A stretch of DNA of 64,000 bases, taken from Gammaproteobacteria bacterium. GTDB lineage: Bacteria; Pseudomonadota; Gammaproteobacteria; SZUA-140. Shown piece after piece: positions 31,905-44,086 of this stretch. Location of the stretch: NCBI GenBank assembly GCA_016124415.1, contig WGNS01000002.1, forward strand, positions 32,933 through 96,932, written 5' to 3'. Each line of letters opens with the position of its first letter. Position 1 is the stretch's first letter. The position numbers and the translations under genes are program-made. The notes below the pieces were generated by a model. That model worked only from the letters and a program-made list of their open reading frames with translations. It was not told the DNA's origin and did no database searches.

Positions 31905-31989
31905 GGTGAGCGCGACCGTTTTTCAATATTTCCATACCATGCGATCATAGACCACTTGGCTTCTTTGGGTAAAGGAAAACGGTAACAGA

Positions 31990-32484
31990 ATGAAGACCCG
32001 CGTGCTGTTCGTTTGTATGGGAAATATCTGTCGTTCGCCTACGGCCCAGGGCATGTTTTCACACCTTCTTGAAAAACGCGGTCTTATAGATCTTTGCGAC
32101 GTCGATTCGGCCGGGACGATTTCCTATCACGCCGGAAGTCCGCCTGACCGGCGCGCTCAGGCAGCCGCCCGCGGGCGCGGGATCGATCTGTCCGGACAGA
32201 GGGCGCGTCAGGTGATGCCGGTCGATTTCGAATCTTTCGATTTCATCCTCGCCATGGATGAGGATAATCTGGCGGATCTGTTGTCGCGCGCGCCGACGGA
32301 CTACCGGGATAATATCTCCCTGATCATGCAGCATGCCGGCTGGGAAGGGGGTCGGGAGGTTCCCGACCCCTATTACGGTGGTGCGTCGGGCTTCGAGCAG
32401 GTACTCGATCTGCTCGAAGCCGCATGCAACGGATTTATCGATAACGTGCTATTGCAAAGGCTCAGTGAGTCCGGAAACGGCTGA
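31990..32484 (+). CDS. low-molecular-weight protein-tyrosine phosphatase
   Basis: CX5R(S/T) P-loop [13 protein letters not shown] and a DPYY motif. 164 aa. Confidence 0.9.
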   Translation: MKTRVLFVCMGNICRSPTAQGMFSHLLEKRGLIDLCDVDSAGTISYHAGSPPDRRAQAAARGRGIDLSGQRARQVMPVDFESFDFILAMDEDNLADLLSRAPTDYRDNISLIMQHAGWEGGREVPDPYYGGASGFEQVLDLLEAACNGFIDNVLLQRLSESGNG

Positions 32485-34081
32485 CGCAGCCGACCAACTG
32501 TTTCGACACCGAACAAACGTCTTCATTGGCGATCCGCAGTTGCTGAGCCTCGTCCATGGTCTGCTCGGCGGATTCGCTGATATTGCAGATATTGCGATTG
32601 ATTTCCTCGCAGGTCATATTCTGCTCAGTCGCCGCGCTGGCGATGCAGTCCACCATATCGGCGATCGAGGACACGGAGTGCTCGATCGCGCGGAGTTTTT
32701 CCCCGACGGAAGTGACCGATTCGACTGAATTCTGCGCCTTTTGATGGCCCTGCTCCATGGCTTGCGCCGTCGAGGAGGCAGTCGCCTGAAGGCGCTCGAT
32801 CATACCGCTTATCTCACCCGTCGAGGTTTGGGTGCGTTGCGCCAGGGTACGAACCTCGTCGGCCACGACCGCGAAGCCGCGACCCTGCTCCCCCGCCCGG
32901 GCGGCCTCGATGGCGGCATTGAGTGCGAGCAGGTTGGTTTGTTCGGCGATGTCGTTGATGACCTCGATGATACGATCGATGGCCATACTGTTTTCATGAA
33001 GCTCGCGAATGACCCGCGTGCTGTTGGCGACGTCTTCGGCCAGGCTCGTAACGGCATCGATGGTCTGTTGGGCCATGACTCCGCCATCCTTGGTTTCGAG
33101 TCTGGCGTCGCCGGCGGCCTCGGCAACCCGCTCGGCGTTGCTGGCGACTTCCTGGCTTGTGCTCAGCATCTCGTTCATGGCCGACGCGATATGGCTGATC
33201 TCGTCGCGCTCCTTCTCGATGTGCTGGGTCGTGCTGCTGGCGACGTTCTTCAGCGTATCCGAAGTCTGCTGCACCGCGTCCGAGGATTCCCTGATCTGAT
33301 GGACCATGCCGTTGATATTACCCCTCATCTGGTCGATGTTGGTGGCCAGATCGGCGATTTCGTCGTTGCGATTCAGCGCGATGTCGGGGCCCCCGAGATT
33401 GCCGGAAGCCATGGATTTTACGCCGTGAGAGATCTTGCCGATGTCGGCGATCAGTTTGCGGATCTGCAAGATCAGGACGCCGAAGATGCCGGCCAGCAAC
33501 AACGAGGTGATCACGACGAATAGTATCGTCCGGTTGTTGATCGAATGCTGATCGTCGAGATTCGCGCTGACTTGCTTGACGGCATCGGCGATGAAGGGTT
33601 CAAGGCGAGTGGACAGGGCCTCGGCGACCGCATCGAACTCCGGCATCATGGCGTTGCCTTTCTCGGGACCGCCGGCGACATAGGCATTGGCCATCTTTTT
33701 ACCGACGGTGTAATAGCTGTCGAAGGCCTCCGAGATGTCTTTCAATTCCGTAGACTGCTCGGGGTGAAGCGCAGTCAGCTCCTTGATCAGCGCCGCGGAC
33801 TTCTGGGCATTCTCTTCTGCGAGACTGAAACCATCGTCCAGGCCGTTCTGGCCTCGGGTTGCGCTGACGTCGGTCAGAAACTGTTGCACCTGGATCACCG
33901 CGGTGTCGAGTTCCTTGACCTTGAGCATGAACGGCAGGTCCCTTTCAGTGGTCAAGCGGTTCACGCTCTCCGACTGATGGGTCTGCAGAAAGACGTTGGT
34001 TGACAGTACCACCAACGCGAGAATGGATAGCCCCGTCATAATGACGAATTTCCTGGTGAGCGACAGGTTAGCAAAGGGCAT
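32462..34081 (-). CDS. methyl-accepting chemotaxis protein
   Basis: Start ATG at 34081 follows a GGAGGGG RBS ([12 protein letters not shown]... with a TM helix). HAMP domain and the conserved signalling domain [34 protein letters not shown]. The longer track ORF is an extension. Confidence 0.8.
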   Translation of the reverse strand: MPFANLSLTRKFVIMTGLSILALVVLSTNVFLQTHQSESVNRLTTERDLPFMLKVKELDTAVIQVQQFLTDVSATRGQNGLDDGFSLAEENAQKSAALIKELTALHPEQSTELKDISEAFDSYYTVGKKMANAYVAGGPEKGNAMMPEFDAVAEALSTRLEPFIADAVKQVSANLDDQHSINNRTILFVVITSLLLAGIFGVLILQIRKLIADIGKISHGVKSMASGNLGGPDIALNRNDEIADLATNIDQMRGNINGMVHQIRESSDAVQQTSDTLKNVASSTTQHIEKERDEISHIASAMNEMLSTSQEVASNAERVAEAAGDARLETKDGGVMAQQTIDAVTSLAEDVANSTRVIRELHENSMAIDRIIEVINDIAEQTNLLALNAAIEAARAGEQGRGFAVVADEVRTLAQRTQTSTGEISGMIERLQATASSTAQAMEQGHQKAQNSVESVTSVGEKLRAIEHSVSSIADMVDCIASAATEQNMTCEEINRNICNISESAEQTMDEAQQLRIANEDVCSVSKQLVGCVSRFRTH

Positions 34082-34247
34082 ATGGTTCCCCTCCATTGTG
34101 ACCAGAGTTAGTTGAATAACCCAGTTATCGGCCCAACTAATTCGACTTTGAGGGTTGCGGCTAAGATTTTTGCTTACATTGCGCAATGGGTGCGCGTACC
34201 GGCGCGGCGTCCGTTTCAGATATGGTTGACGGCGGGAAAAACAGGCC

Positions 34248-35429
34248 CTAGGTCGTGACCTTAACCGCCGCCGAGGCGGCTTTAGCCTTCTCCAGTGCTT
34301 CCTCGACATCCCTGCCTCGGGCAAGGACTACTCCCATGCGGCGGTGTCCCACGACTTCCGGTTTGCCGAACAACCTGAGTTGGGTATCCGGCTCCCTAAG
34401 AGCCCGTTCAAGGTTCCCGAAGGCGACTTCGTTGGAATCGCCTTCGACAAGGATGACGCTCGAAGCCGACGGTCCGAGGAAGCGAATGGCCGGGATCGGC
34501 AGACCGAGAATAGCGCGGGCGTGCAGCGCGAATTCGGACAGATCCTGCGAAATCATCGTAACCATTCCGGTATCGTGCGGGCGCGGCGAGACTTCGCTGA
34601 AGATGACTTCATCCCCTTTGACGAAGAGTTCGACTCCGAAGATGCCGCGGCCGCCGAGCTCGTCAGTGATGCGCTCGGCGATCTCGCGGGCCCGGGCGAG
34701 CGCCGCGGGCGTCATCATCTGAGGTTGCCATGATTGCCGATAGTCGCCGCTGACCTGGACGTGGCCTATCGGTTCACAGAAACTCGTTCCGTTCGCATGA
34801 CGCACCGTCAATAGGGTGATCTCGTAATCGAAATCGACGAAGGCCTCGACAATGACTTTGCCCGCCCCGCTACGCCCGCCTTGTTGGGCGTAGGCCCATG
34901 CGGCGTCGATGTCGTCCTCGGTGCCGATGGTGCTCTGCCCCTTGCCGGACGAACTCATGATCGGTTTGACGACACAAGGCAAACCCAGTTCGGCGACGGC
35001 GCGCTCGAATTCCTCCCGGGAGGCGGCGAAGCGATAGGGCGACGTTGGGAGGCGGAGTTCTTCGGCGGCAAGTCTGCGGATGCCCTCCCGGTTCATCGTG
35101 AGCTTGGCGGCGCGCGCCGTCGGAATGACCGTGTAGCCCTCGGACTCGAGTTCGAGCAGCGTGTCGGTCGCGATGGCCTCGATTTCGGGGACGATATAAT
35201 CGGGCCGTTCGTCCTCGATGACGCGGCGCAACGCATGGCCGTCGAGCATCGACACGACATGACTGCGGTGCGCTACCTGCATCGCCGGTGCGTGTTCGTA
35301 ACGGTCGACCACGATGACCTCTATGCCCAATCGCTGCATCTCGATGACGACTTCCTTGCCGAGTTCTCCGCCGCCGCAGAACAGTACGCGGGTGGCGGTG
35401 GGGGATAGGGGTGTTCCGATTTGGGTCAT
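34248..35429 (-). CDS. purT: formate-dependent phosphoribosylglycinamide formyltransferase 2
   Basis: True start [26 protein letters not shown] at 35429 is colinear with E. coli PurT along its whole length. The 582-aa track ORF is an upstream extension. Confidence 0.9.
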   Translation of the reverse strand: MTQIGTPLSPTATRVLFCGGGELGKEVVIEMQRLGIEVIVVDRYEHAPAMQVAHRSHVVSMLDGHALRRVIEDERPDYIVPEIEAIATDTLLELESEGYTVIPTARAAKLTMNREGIRRLAAEELRLPTSPYRFAASREEFERAVAELGLPCVVKPIMSSSGKGQSTIGTEDDIDAAWAYAQQGGRSGAGKVIVEAFVDFDYEITLLTVRHANGTSFCEPIGHVQVSGDYRQSWQPQMMTPAALARAREIAERITDELGGRGIFGVELFVKGDEVIFSEVSPRPHDTGMVTMISQDLSEFALHARAILGLPIPAIRFLGPSASSVILVEGDSNEVAFGNLERALREPDTQLRLFGKPEVVGHRRMGVVLARGRDVEEALEKAKAASAAVKVTT

Positions 35430-35579
35430 GTCACGGCGCTCACATGTTTCGTCGAACTCATTATATACGCGGGTTTCGGGCAATGTCCCTGAGTTCGACG
35501 GTGTCCCGCATCTTGATCCGGGAACGGTAGTCTGAGATTCTTTTCGGACGGAACAACAGCACGGTATACCGAGAGAAGC

Positions 35580-35957
35580 ATGGAAAACACGGCATTTTGG
35601 ATCAGGTCCGGCGCGCTGCTTGCGGCGTTGGCCATTGTGACGGGGGCATTCGGCGCACACGGCCTTCAGGGCAAGTTGGATGCGGCCATGATGTCCGTGT
35701 ACGAAAAGGCCGTCTATTATCACGCTTACCATGCCCTCGGCTTGTTCGCCGTCGCGTTTGTTCGCGAGTATCGTCCGGATGCGCGGCGTGTGGTCTGGGC
35801 TGGCAGATTCATGCTCATCGGCATCGCGTTCTTTTCCGGCAGCCTTTATGCCCTGAGTCTGACCGGTGTGTCCTGGTTGGGCGCGCTGACGCCGATCGGC
35901 GGTTTGGCCTTCGTGGCCGCGTGGCTGACGTTGTTTTTCGCCGTTGCCAAGGCCTGA
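35580..35957 (+). CDS. DUF423 (TMEM256/YgdD-like) small membrane protein
   Basis: 125 aa, four hydrophobic helices, a GAFGAHG motif. Confidence 0.7.
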   Translation: MENTAFWIRSGALLAALAIVTGAFGAHGLQGKLDAAMMSVYEKAVYYHAYHALGLFAVAFVREYRPDARRVVWAGRFMLIGIAFFSGSLYALSLTGVSWLGALTPIGGLAFVAAWLTLFFAVAKA

Positions 35958-36003
35958 TTGCCTTAAACCGGGATCGGTACCTAACCCGGCGCGCATGCGC
36001 TAG

Positions 36004-37362
<1,359 letters not shown>

Positions 37363-37372
37363 GGTCCCCTCC

Positions 37373-38758
37373 ATGCAGCATTTGCCCGTCTTTCTCGATC
37401 TCCGCGATCAGACTTGTCTGATCGTCGGAGGTGGAGAGGTCGCCGCCCGCAAATGCGCCATGTTGCGGCGCGCGGGCGCCAAGGTGAAGATCGTCGCCCC
37501 TGCGCTGTGCCGGCGGCTCGCCGAAGCGATCGAGCCGGCAGCGATCGAACACGTTGCCCGTGATTTCCAGACCGCCGACGTCGAAGACGTCGCTCTCGTG
37601 GTCGCCGCGACCGACGACGGGGCGGTCAATGAAAAGGTCTCGCAAGCCGCTCGGGCACGGCGAATCCCGGTCAACGTCGTCGACCATCCCGAACTTTGCA
37701 GTTTCGTCTTTCCCTCGATCGTCGATCGCTCGCCGGTGATCGTGGCGGTCTCGAGCGGCGGCGCTTCGCCGGTGTTGGCGCGTTTGGTCCGGGCGCGCCT
37801 CGAAGGGCTGTTGCCGGCAGGCCTCGGTCGGCTCGCGAAGCTGCTGGGTCGTTATCGGGATCGGATCAAGCAGCGAATTCCGACGTTTTCCGAACGGCGG
37901 CGTTTTTGGGAGGATTTGATCCAGGGCCCGTTTTCCGAACACGTGTTGAGCGGCGATGAGGCCGCCGCCGTGCGTTTGCTTGAGGATCGTCTGGCCGGCA
38001 ACGTTTCAGTCACCGGCGCGGTTTATCTGATCGGCGCGGGCCCGGGTGATCCCGATCTGTTGAGCTTCCGGGCCCTTCGACTCATGCAGGCGGCGGACGT
38101 CGTGCTGTACGATCGCTTGGTCTCTCCGGAGGTTCTGGATCTCGTCCGGCGGGACGCCGAGCGCATCTATGTCGGCAAGCGGCGCAATTATCACCGTATG
38201 CGGCAGGAAGAGATCAACGCTACGCTGTTGAACCTGGCACAGGCCGGCAAGCGGGTCGTGCGTCTCAAGGGCGGAGATCCGTTCGTCTTCGGGCGCGGCG
38301 GCGAGGAGATCGCGGGTCTCGCCGCCGCCGGCATCCATTTCGAGGTCGTGCCCGGCGTCACCGCCGCCAACGGTTGCGCCGCTTACGCGGGCATTCCGCT
38401 GACGCATCGCGATTACGCCCAGTCGGTCGTGCTCGTGACCGGAAATCTGCGCGACGGAAGGGTCAATCTGGATTGGGCGGGACTCGTTCGTCCCCAGCAG
38501 ACGCTCGTGATCTACATGGGCCTTACCGGGCTCGATCAGATTTGCGCGGGATTGCAGTCCGCGGGCATGTCGTCAGCGATGCCGGTCGCGTTGATCGAGC
38601 GCGGCACCCTGCCCGATCAGCGGGTGATCGTTTCCACGCTCGCCGAATTGCCGGCTCGGGTGGCCGGCGAGACGATTCAGGCACCGACGCTGCTGATCGT
38701 CGGCGACGTCGTGCGCCTGCACGAACAGTTTGCCTGGCAGGTTACCGCAGGCGACTAA
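37373..38758 (+). CDS. cysG: siroheme synthase (precorrin-2 dehydrogenase/ferrochelatase fused to uroporphyrinogen-III C-methyltransferase)
   Basis: 461 aa. N-terminal Rossmann VGGGEVAARK and C-terminal methylase VYLIGAGPGDPDLLS. Confidence 0.9.
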   Translation: MQHLPVFLDLRDQTCLIVGGGEVAARKCAMLRRAGAKVKIVAPALCRRLAEAIEPAAIEHVARDFQTADVEDVALVVAATDDGAVNEKVSQAARARRIPVNVVDHPELCSFVFPSIVDRSPVIVAVSSGGASPVLARLVRARLEGLLPAGLGRLAKLLGRYRDRIKQRIPTFSERRRFWEDLIQGPFSEHVLSGDEAAAVRLLEDRLAGNVSVTGAVYLIGAGPGDPDLLSFRALRLMQAADVVLYDRLVSPEVLDLVRRDAERIYVGKRRNYHRMRQEEINATLLNLAQAGKRVVRLKGGDPFVFGRGGEEIAGLAAAGIHFEVVPGVTAANGCAAYAGIPLTHRDYAQSVVLVTGNLRDGRVNLDWAGLVRPQQTLVIYMGLTGLDQICAGLQSAGMSSAMPVALIERGTLPDQRVIVSTLAELPARVAGETIQAPTLLIVGDVVRLHEQFAWQVTAGD

Positions 38759-39731
38759 GCCACAAGGCGCGGGCCTGGGTCTCGGCATCCGCAGGATCCG
38801 TGGCCCGTTCGAGTAGGCGGAGTGCGATGGCGGCCGTACCGATCACCGCGGCCTCGCCGTATTCATCCTCTATTTCCCCGTTCCAGAGCGCCGCCAGCCT
38901 TGAAATGTCGAGCGTTTCCGGTGCGATATGGCGGCGCGTGAACATGGTCGGCCAAGTCTCGACGACGGTCTCGCGGCCGCGGACGCCGAGTACTTGGCAT
39001 TCGCCGTCCGGATTGCGTTCCGCCTCGCCGCCCTCGCCCTTGAACACGACCATGTTGGGTTGCCCGAGCAGAACCGCGGCCTGTTGGTGGACGTCGCGGT
39101 AGTTGGGGTGAAAGATGCCCTGCATGAGATAGGGCGCCGACAGCGGGTTCAGCATGCGCAACAACGTGTTGATCGGCGAGCGTAGGCCGAACAGCCGTCG
39201 CAGTTCGAGGATATGCGTAAGGCCGGGGCTCAGGTGTTCCAGGCCGAGGTCAGCGAAACCGCCGTCGGCGACGGCGCGGCCGACCTCCTCGATACTTTCA
39301 CAGACCGGCAGGCCGACCGACCGGAGCGCCTCATTACAATAGATCCTGTCGTCCTTGTTGCCGGGGGTGCCGTGCATGAACACGCGGATTTCGGCCCTTT
39401 CGGCAAGGAGGCGGGCGGCGAGGACGAACCAGGGCAGATGACGGCGCTTTCCGGCGTAACTCGACCAATCGAGGTCCACCGTAGGCAGCGCCGTGCCGTC
39501 GGACGGGAGTTCGACGTGGTTGCGAGCCGCGCGGATGAAGCCGGCGAGTTCTTCGGGGCTTTCCTCCTTGACGCGGATCAACATCAAAAACGCGCCCAGC
39601 TGCTCGGGCGTGGTCTGACCGTCCAAAATCATGGACATGGCGGCCTCCGCCTCCTCGAAAGTCAGCGAGCGACTGCCTTTTTTCCCCTTGCCGAGCGCTT
39701 GGATGAACGGCGCGAACGGGTGTTGTTGCAT
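38742..39731 (-). CDS. TrpD2/YbiB-family protein (anthranilate phosphoribosyltransferase-like glycosyltransferase family 3 fold)
   Basis: 329 aa with anthranilate-PRT-like helical N-domain and GTPGNKDD-like motifs. Convergent 17-nt overlap with cysG. Confidence 0.6.
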   Translation of the reverse strand: MQQHPFAPFIQALGKGKKGSRSLTFEEAEAAMSMILDGQTTPEQLGAFLMLIRVKEESPEELAGFIRAARNHVELPSDGTALPTVDLDWSSYAGKRRHLPWFVLAARLLAERAEIRVFMHGTPGNKDDRIYCNEALRSVGLPVCESIEEVGRAVADGGFADLGLEHLSPGLTHILELRRLFGLRSPINTLLRMLNPLSAPYLMQGIFHPNYRDVHQQAAVLLGQPNMVVFKGEGGEAERNPDGECQVLGVRGRETVVETWPTMFTRRHIAPETLDISRLAALWNGEIEDEYGEAAVIGTAAIALRLLERATDPADAETQARALWLSRLR

Positions 39732-39918
39732 CGTATTTACCCTTGGATAAGGTGTGAATCGGGCCTATTCTGCGCTCGAACGCCGGACCGGACAACCGCT
39801 TCGCGGTCGAACCGTCGCGGCATTGGGCATCCGCGTGGAATTTCCTCATAATGTGCCCTACAAACAGAAGTTGCGCCGCAGGAGCGCAATCCTTAGAGGT
39901 CTTTGGCAAGGGGGAACC

Positions 39919-40725
39919 ATGAACTGGTGGGGCAAGCTCCTGGGTGGAGCATTCGGATACATGCTGGGCGGCTATTTGGGGGCCCTGATCGGTGCCGCGC
40001 TGGGACACCGTTTCGACAAGGGCATCGCCAATATGGGCATTTCGATGAACCCTGCCGAGCGCGAGCGGGTTCAAACCGCCTTTTTTACGGCCACGTTTTC
40101 GGTGCTGGGGCACATCGCCAAGGCGGACGGCCAGGTCACGCGCGAGGAGATCCGGATCGCCGAAGCGGTCATGGAGCAAATGCAGCTCAACGACGAGCAA
40201 AAGTCCGTCGCCAAACGTCTGTTCAACGAAGGCAAGGAGCCCGATTTTGATCTCGACGGGGTGCTCGATCAATTCGTCGGCGTCTGTCACCGCCGCCACA
40301 CGCTGTTGCGTATTTTCCTCGAGGTGCTCGTTCAGGCCGCGATGGCCGACGGCCACCTCAGCGATGCGGAGGAAGTCGTACTCCAGCGAGTCAGTTCGCA
40401 CATCGGTTTCACGCCGGAGGAACTCGCGCATCTCGAATCCATGGTCGCCGCTTCCGCGCGTTGGGCGGGCGGCGGTGCGGGCCCGGGTGCAGGCCGAGGG
40501 CCGACGCGCGCCCAGGATCTTGCCAGCGCCTATGCCCTTCTCGATGTCCCCGAGTCGGCGAGCGACGCCGAGGTCAAACGCGCCTACAGGCGTCTCATGA
40601 GCCAACACCATCCCGATAAACTCGTCGCCAAGGGATTGCCCGAGGAGATGATGAAGATCGCCGCGCAAAAGACCCACGAGATCCGCCAAGCCTACGAACG
40701 AATCAAGGAGGCGCGTGGTTTCTGA
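39919..40725 (+). CDS. djlA: co-chaperone DjlA (N-terminal TM, TerB-like region, C-terminal J domain)
   Basis: Start MNWWGKLLGG at ATG 39919. C-terminal J-domain YALLDVPESASDAEVKRAYRRLMSQHHPDK. Confidence 0.85.
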   Translation: MNWWGKLLGGAFGYMLGGYLGALIGAALGHRFDKGIANMGISMNPAERERVQTAFFTATFSVLGHIAKADGQVTREEIRIAEAVMEQMQLNDEQKSVAKRLFNEGKEPDFDLDGVLDQFVGVCHRRHTLLRIFLEVLVQAAMADGHLSDAEEVVLQRVSSHIGFTPEELAHLESMVAASARWAGGGAGPGAGRGPTRAQDLASAYALLDVPESASDAEVKRAYRRLMSQHHPDKLVAKGLPEEMMKIAAQKTHEIRQAYERIKEARGF

Positions 40726-40918
40726 CGCGCCTTCGGGAGCGCTGAGCTAGCGTCGAAGGAGGTTGCCCGACGCCCTTCCGGAAGGCTTCGGGTCGACCAC
40801 AAAGCCCCCCAAGGGCCCGGTTCTGTGATATCATGCACCGTTATTTGGGAAGGGCGCCGTCAGAGCGTTCCGAAACCCCCGCAAACGTTTTCACGACTTT
40901 TCAGCATAGGAGCGCAGT

Positions 40919-41545
40919 ATGGCAACATCCGGAACCAGACGACCAGTGATGACCCTTTATTCACGGCCGGAGTGTCCGGATTGTCACCGTGTTCGCATCG
41001 TGTTGGCCGAGAAGAGCATCACGGCGGATATCATTGACGTCGATGTCGACAATCCCCCGGAGGATCTGATCGACCTCAACGCCAACATCACGCCGACGCT
41101 GATCGATCGCGATCTCGTAATCTATAACGCCCACGTCATCATGGAATACCTGGATGAGCGTTTTCCGCATCCCCCGCTCATGCCCGTCGATCCGGTGTCC
41201 AGGGCCCGCGCGCGACTGATGTTGCATCGTATCGAGGCGGATTGGTACAACATACTTCCCGAAATCATGAACGGCGACGAGAAAAAGGCCGACAAGGCCC
41301 GCAAGATCATCCTTGAGGATCTGCTCGTGTTGTCGCCGATGCTCGCCAAGAAGTCCTATTTCATGAGCGACGATTTTTCGATGCTGGAATGCAGCATCGC
41401 TCCGATCCTGTGGCGTCTTCCGCAGCTCGGCATCGAGTTGCCGTCGTCCGCCAAGCCGATGCAGGAATACGCGGAGCGCCTGTTTTCCCGCGATTCGTTC
41501 AAATCCAGCCTGACGATCCAGGAAGAAGAGTTTACGAGCTGGTAA
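40919..41545 (+). CDS. sspA: stringent starvation protein A
   Basis: GST-fold protein. MTLYSRPECPDCHRVRIVLAEK...IMEYLDERFPHPPLMPVDPV is colinear with E. coli SspA. Confidence 0.9.
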   Translation: MATSGTRRPVMTLYSRPECPDCHRVRIVLAEKSITADIIDVDVDNPPEDLIDLNANITPTLIDRDLVIYNAHVIMEYLDERFPHPPLMPVDPVSRARARLMLHRIEADWYNILPEIMNGDEKKADKARKIILEDLLVLSPMLAKKSYFMSDDFSMLECSIAPILWRLPQLGIELPSSAKPMQEYAERLFSRDSFKSSLTIQEEEFTSW

Positions 41546-41661
41546 GGATCGCCTGGGCACGGCATCCGCATGTTATACGGATGCCCGACCGGATTATTAC
41601 GCCGGTTTTGTCGCGCGCCCTCCGGGGTGCCGGGGGTCAATTACTCAAGGGGGGATGAGCT

Positions 41662-42066
41662 GTGAGCGAGATGTCTTCTAGCAAACCATACCTGGTTCGC
41701 GCGGTGCGCGAATGGATTCTCGACAACCATCTGACGCCCTACATCCTCGTGCAGATCGGTTTTTCGGGGATGCGCATTCCGGAGGCGCATGCGGACGGCG
41801 ACAAGATCGTGCTCAATATCAGTGAATCGGCCGTCACGGAGTTCGTCCTCGATAACGACCACCTGAGCTTCCTGGCCCGCTTCGGCGGCAAGAGCACGGA
41901 CGTCTGCGTTCCGGTCGAAGCCATTCTTGCGATTTATGCCCGCGAGAACGGCGAAGGCATGGTCTTCGACCGGCTCGACACCAATGTCTCCAGGGCGTCG
42001 TCCGCAAAGACCGGTGTACGCAAGGCCACCAGCGGCAAGCCTCATCTCGAACTGATCAAATCGTAA
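41662..42066 (+). CDS. sspB: ClpXP adaptor SspB
   Basis: PYLVRAVREWILDNHLTPYILV...ILAIYARENGEGM is colinear with E. coli SspB. Start GTG 41662 or ATG 41671. Confidence 0.85.
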   Translation: MSEMSSSKPYLVRAVREWILDNHLTPYILVQIGFSGMRIPEAHADGDKIVLNISESAVTEFVLDNDHLSFLARFGGKSTDVCVPVEAILAIYARENGEGMVFDRLDTNVSRASSAKTGVRKATSGKPHLELIKS

Positions 42067-42090
42067 GGGCGAGCGACCGGCAGGTCGCAT

Positions 42091-43488
42091 TCACATCGCT
42101 TCGGTCGGAAACATCTTGCCGGGGTTCAGGATATTGTGCGGGTCGAAACGGGCTTTGATATCGCGCATGATGGCGAGCGACTCCCGATCCAACTCCCGGC
42201 CCACATACTCCTTTTTGACCAGACCGACACCGTGTTCGCCGGACAAGGTGCCGCGCAACGTCAGAACAGTCTCAAAGACCGCATCCAGACACTCATGCGC
42301 TCGCTTCATTTCAGCCGCGTCGTTCGGATTGACGAGCAAATTCACGTGGATGTTGCCGTTCCCTGCGTGACCGAAGTTCACGATCCGGATGCCGAAGCGT
42401 TTGCCGAGTGCTTCGAGCCTTGCGATCAGTTCCGGAATTCGTGAAACCGGCACGACCACGTCCTCGTTGATCTTGCCGGGCGCCACCGTCCTGAGCGCCG
42501 GAGACAAGGCCTTACGCATATGCCAAAGGCGACCGGCTTCGCGCCGATCGGTGGCCGTCTTGATGCGGAGGAGTCCGTCCACCGACGCCGCGTCCGAGAT
42601 GGCGCGGCAGGCCTCCTCCATGAGCGACGCGGGTCCGTCGACCTCAATGATCAACAGCGCCCCCGCTTCGGCCGGGATCTCGATTTCGGTATGATGCCGG
42701 ACCATGTCGATCGCGGATTTGTCCATGAATTCGAGGGCGCACGGCGTGATCGGCTGGGCCATGATCCGCGCCACGGCCTCGGCGGCCGATTCGATGTCGC
42801 GAAACAGGGCCTCGATCGTCGCAACCGCCTCTGCCTTGGGAGTCAGCCGTAAGGTCGCCTCGGTGATGGTGGCGAGCGTACCTTCCGAACCGATGAGCAG
42901 CCGCGTCAGGTCGTAACCGACGACGCCCTTGGTCGTGTATACGCCTGTGCGGATGGTTTCGCCGTTGCCGGTCACGGCGCGCAGGCCGAGCGTGTTTTCC
43001 CGCGGTGTCCCATACTTGACCGCGCGGGGGCCGGCTGAGTTGTAGGCGAGGTTGCCGCCGATTGAGCAAAAGGCCGCGCTGGTCGGATCCGGGGGCCAGA
43101 AGAATCCCGTGCGTCCTGCGGCATCCTGGATTTCCTGGTTGGTGACGCCGGGTTCGCAAACGATATAGCGATTTCCGGCGTCGACTTCGACGATCCGGTT
43201 CATACGCTCGAGGCTCAGGACGATGCCTCCGGCGGTCGGGACGGTCGCACCCGTCGTACCGGTGCCGCGTCCGCGGGCGATCAGCGGGATGCGCGCGTCG
43301 TAACAAAGCCTCGTAATGGCCACGACCTGTTCGTGATCGATTGCGAAGACCACAGCCTCCGGCAGCGCATGCAATTTGCTGTTGTCGTAGCCGTAAGGCC
43401 AGCAGTCCGCAGCCTCGTAGCAGACTTGGTCGGCGCCGACGATATCACGCAGGCGATCGAGGTCGACATGGCGCACATGGCCGCCCAT
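42091..43488 (-). CDS. FAD-linked oxidase (GlcD/D-lactate dehydrogenase family)
   Basis: 465 aa with a PCMH-type FAD-binding domain (IARGRGTGTTGATVP) and a C-terminal FAD-oxidase domain. Confidence 0.75.
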   Translation of the reverse strand: MGGHVRHVDLDRLRDIVGADQVCYEAADCWPYGYDNSKLHALPEAVVFAIDHEQVVAITRLCYDARIPLIARGRGTGTTGATVPTAGGIVLSLERMNRIVEVDAGNRYIVCEPGVTNQEIQDAAGRTGFFWPPDPTSAAFCSIGGNLAYNSAGPRAVKYGTPRENTLGLRAVTGNGETIRTGVYTTKGVVGYDLTRLLIGSEGTLATITEATLRLTPKAEAVATIEALFRDIESAAEAVARIMAQPITPCALEFMDKSAIDMVRHHTEIEIPAEAGALLIIEVDGPASLMEEACRAISDAASVDGLLRIKTATDRREAGRLWHMRKALSPALRTVAPGKINEDVVVPVSRIPELIARLEALGKRFGIRIVNFGHAGNGNIHVNLLVNPNDAAEMKRAHECLDAVFETVLTLRGTLSGEHGVGLVKKEYVGRELDRESLAIMRDIKARFDPHNILNPGKMFPTEAM

Positions 43489-43495
43489 CGTTCGC

Positions 43496-44077
43496 CTAAT
43501 CCGTGTATTCGAAGACGTCGACGGCCCGGTCTACCCCCTCTACCTGCTGAACGGTGTCGTGGATGGCTTTGGCCATGGCGTGGGAGACGATGCCCATGAG
43601 GTAGACCACTTTACTCTCGGTGACGATTTTTGCGTTTGCGGCGGAGAAGCCCTTTGAGGACAGCAGTGCCAGTTTGACCTTGGTGGTCAGCCCGGCGTCA
43701 TTGAGCCGCGACTGCACGGTGCTCGCCGGCCCGACGGTGATGGCGTTGTGTACCTTCCGAACCTTGTCGACGTGGCGAACGACGTCAATGGCCGTGGTTC
43801 TGGCCTCGCTGGTGGTCGCCTGTCCGGTCAGCAGGACGACATGATTGAAGCTCGTTGCCGAGATGTTGGTGGTTTTATCGAGACCGGGCGTCTGGCCGAT
43901 CCGCCGCGCCGCGGTAAGTTCGATGCGCTCATCGTCGAGCATGACTTCCGCGTTTCTCGGGTCCACTCCGACCGAAGCGCCGCCCACGGCGCCCGCAACC
44001 ACCGCGCCACCCACGCATCCGCCGAGCATCGAGAGCAGGCCGAGGAACAGTACAATCTTCAGTAGCTTCGTATTCAT
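43496..44077 (-). CDS. dolP: BON-domain outer-membrane lipoprotein (DolP/YraP-like)
   Basis: Lipobox LLSMLGGC, two BON domains, AAGGAGA RBS. Confidence 0.75.
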   Translation of the reverse strand: MNTKLLKIVLFLGLLSMLGGCVGGAVVAGAVGGASVGVDPRNAEVMLDDERIELTAARRIGQTPGLDKTTNISATSFNHVVLLTGQATTSEARTTAIDVVRHVDKVRKVHNAITVGPASTVQSRLNDAGLTTKVKLALLSSKGFSAANAKIVTESKVVYLMGIVSHAMAKAIHDTVQQVEGVDRAVDVFEYTD

Positions 44078-44086
44078 TACTTCTCC

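Noticed and set aside
34248-35996. 582-aa extended purT ORF
   Set aside because: The N-terminal 189 codons are non-homologous and overlap the DUF423 gene on the other strand. The colinear PurT start is at 35429.
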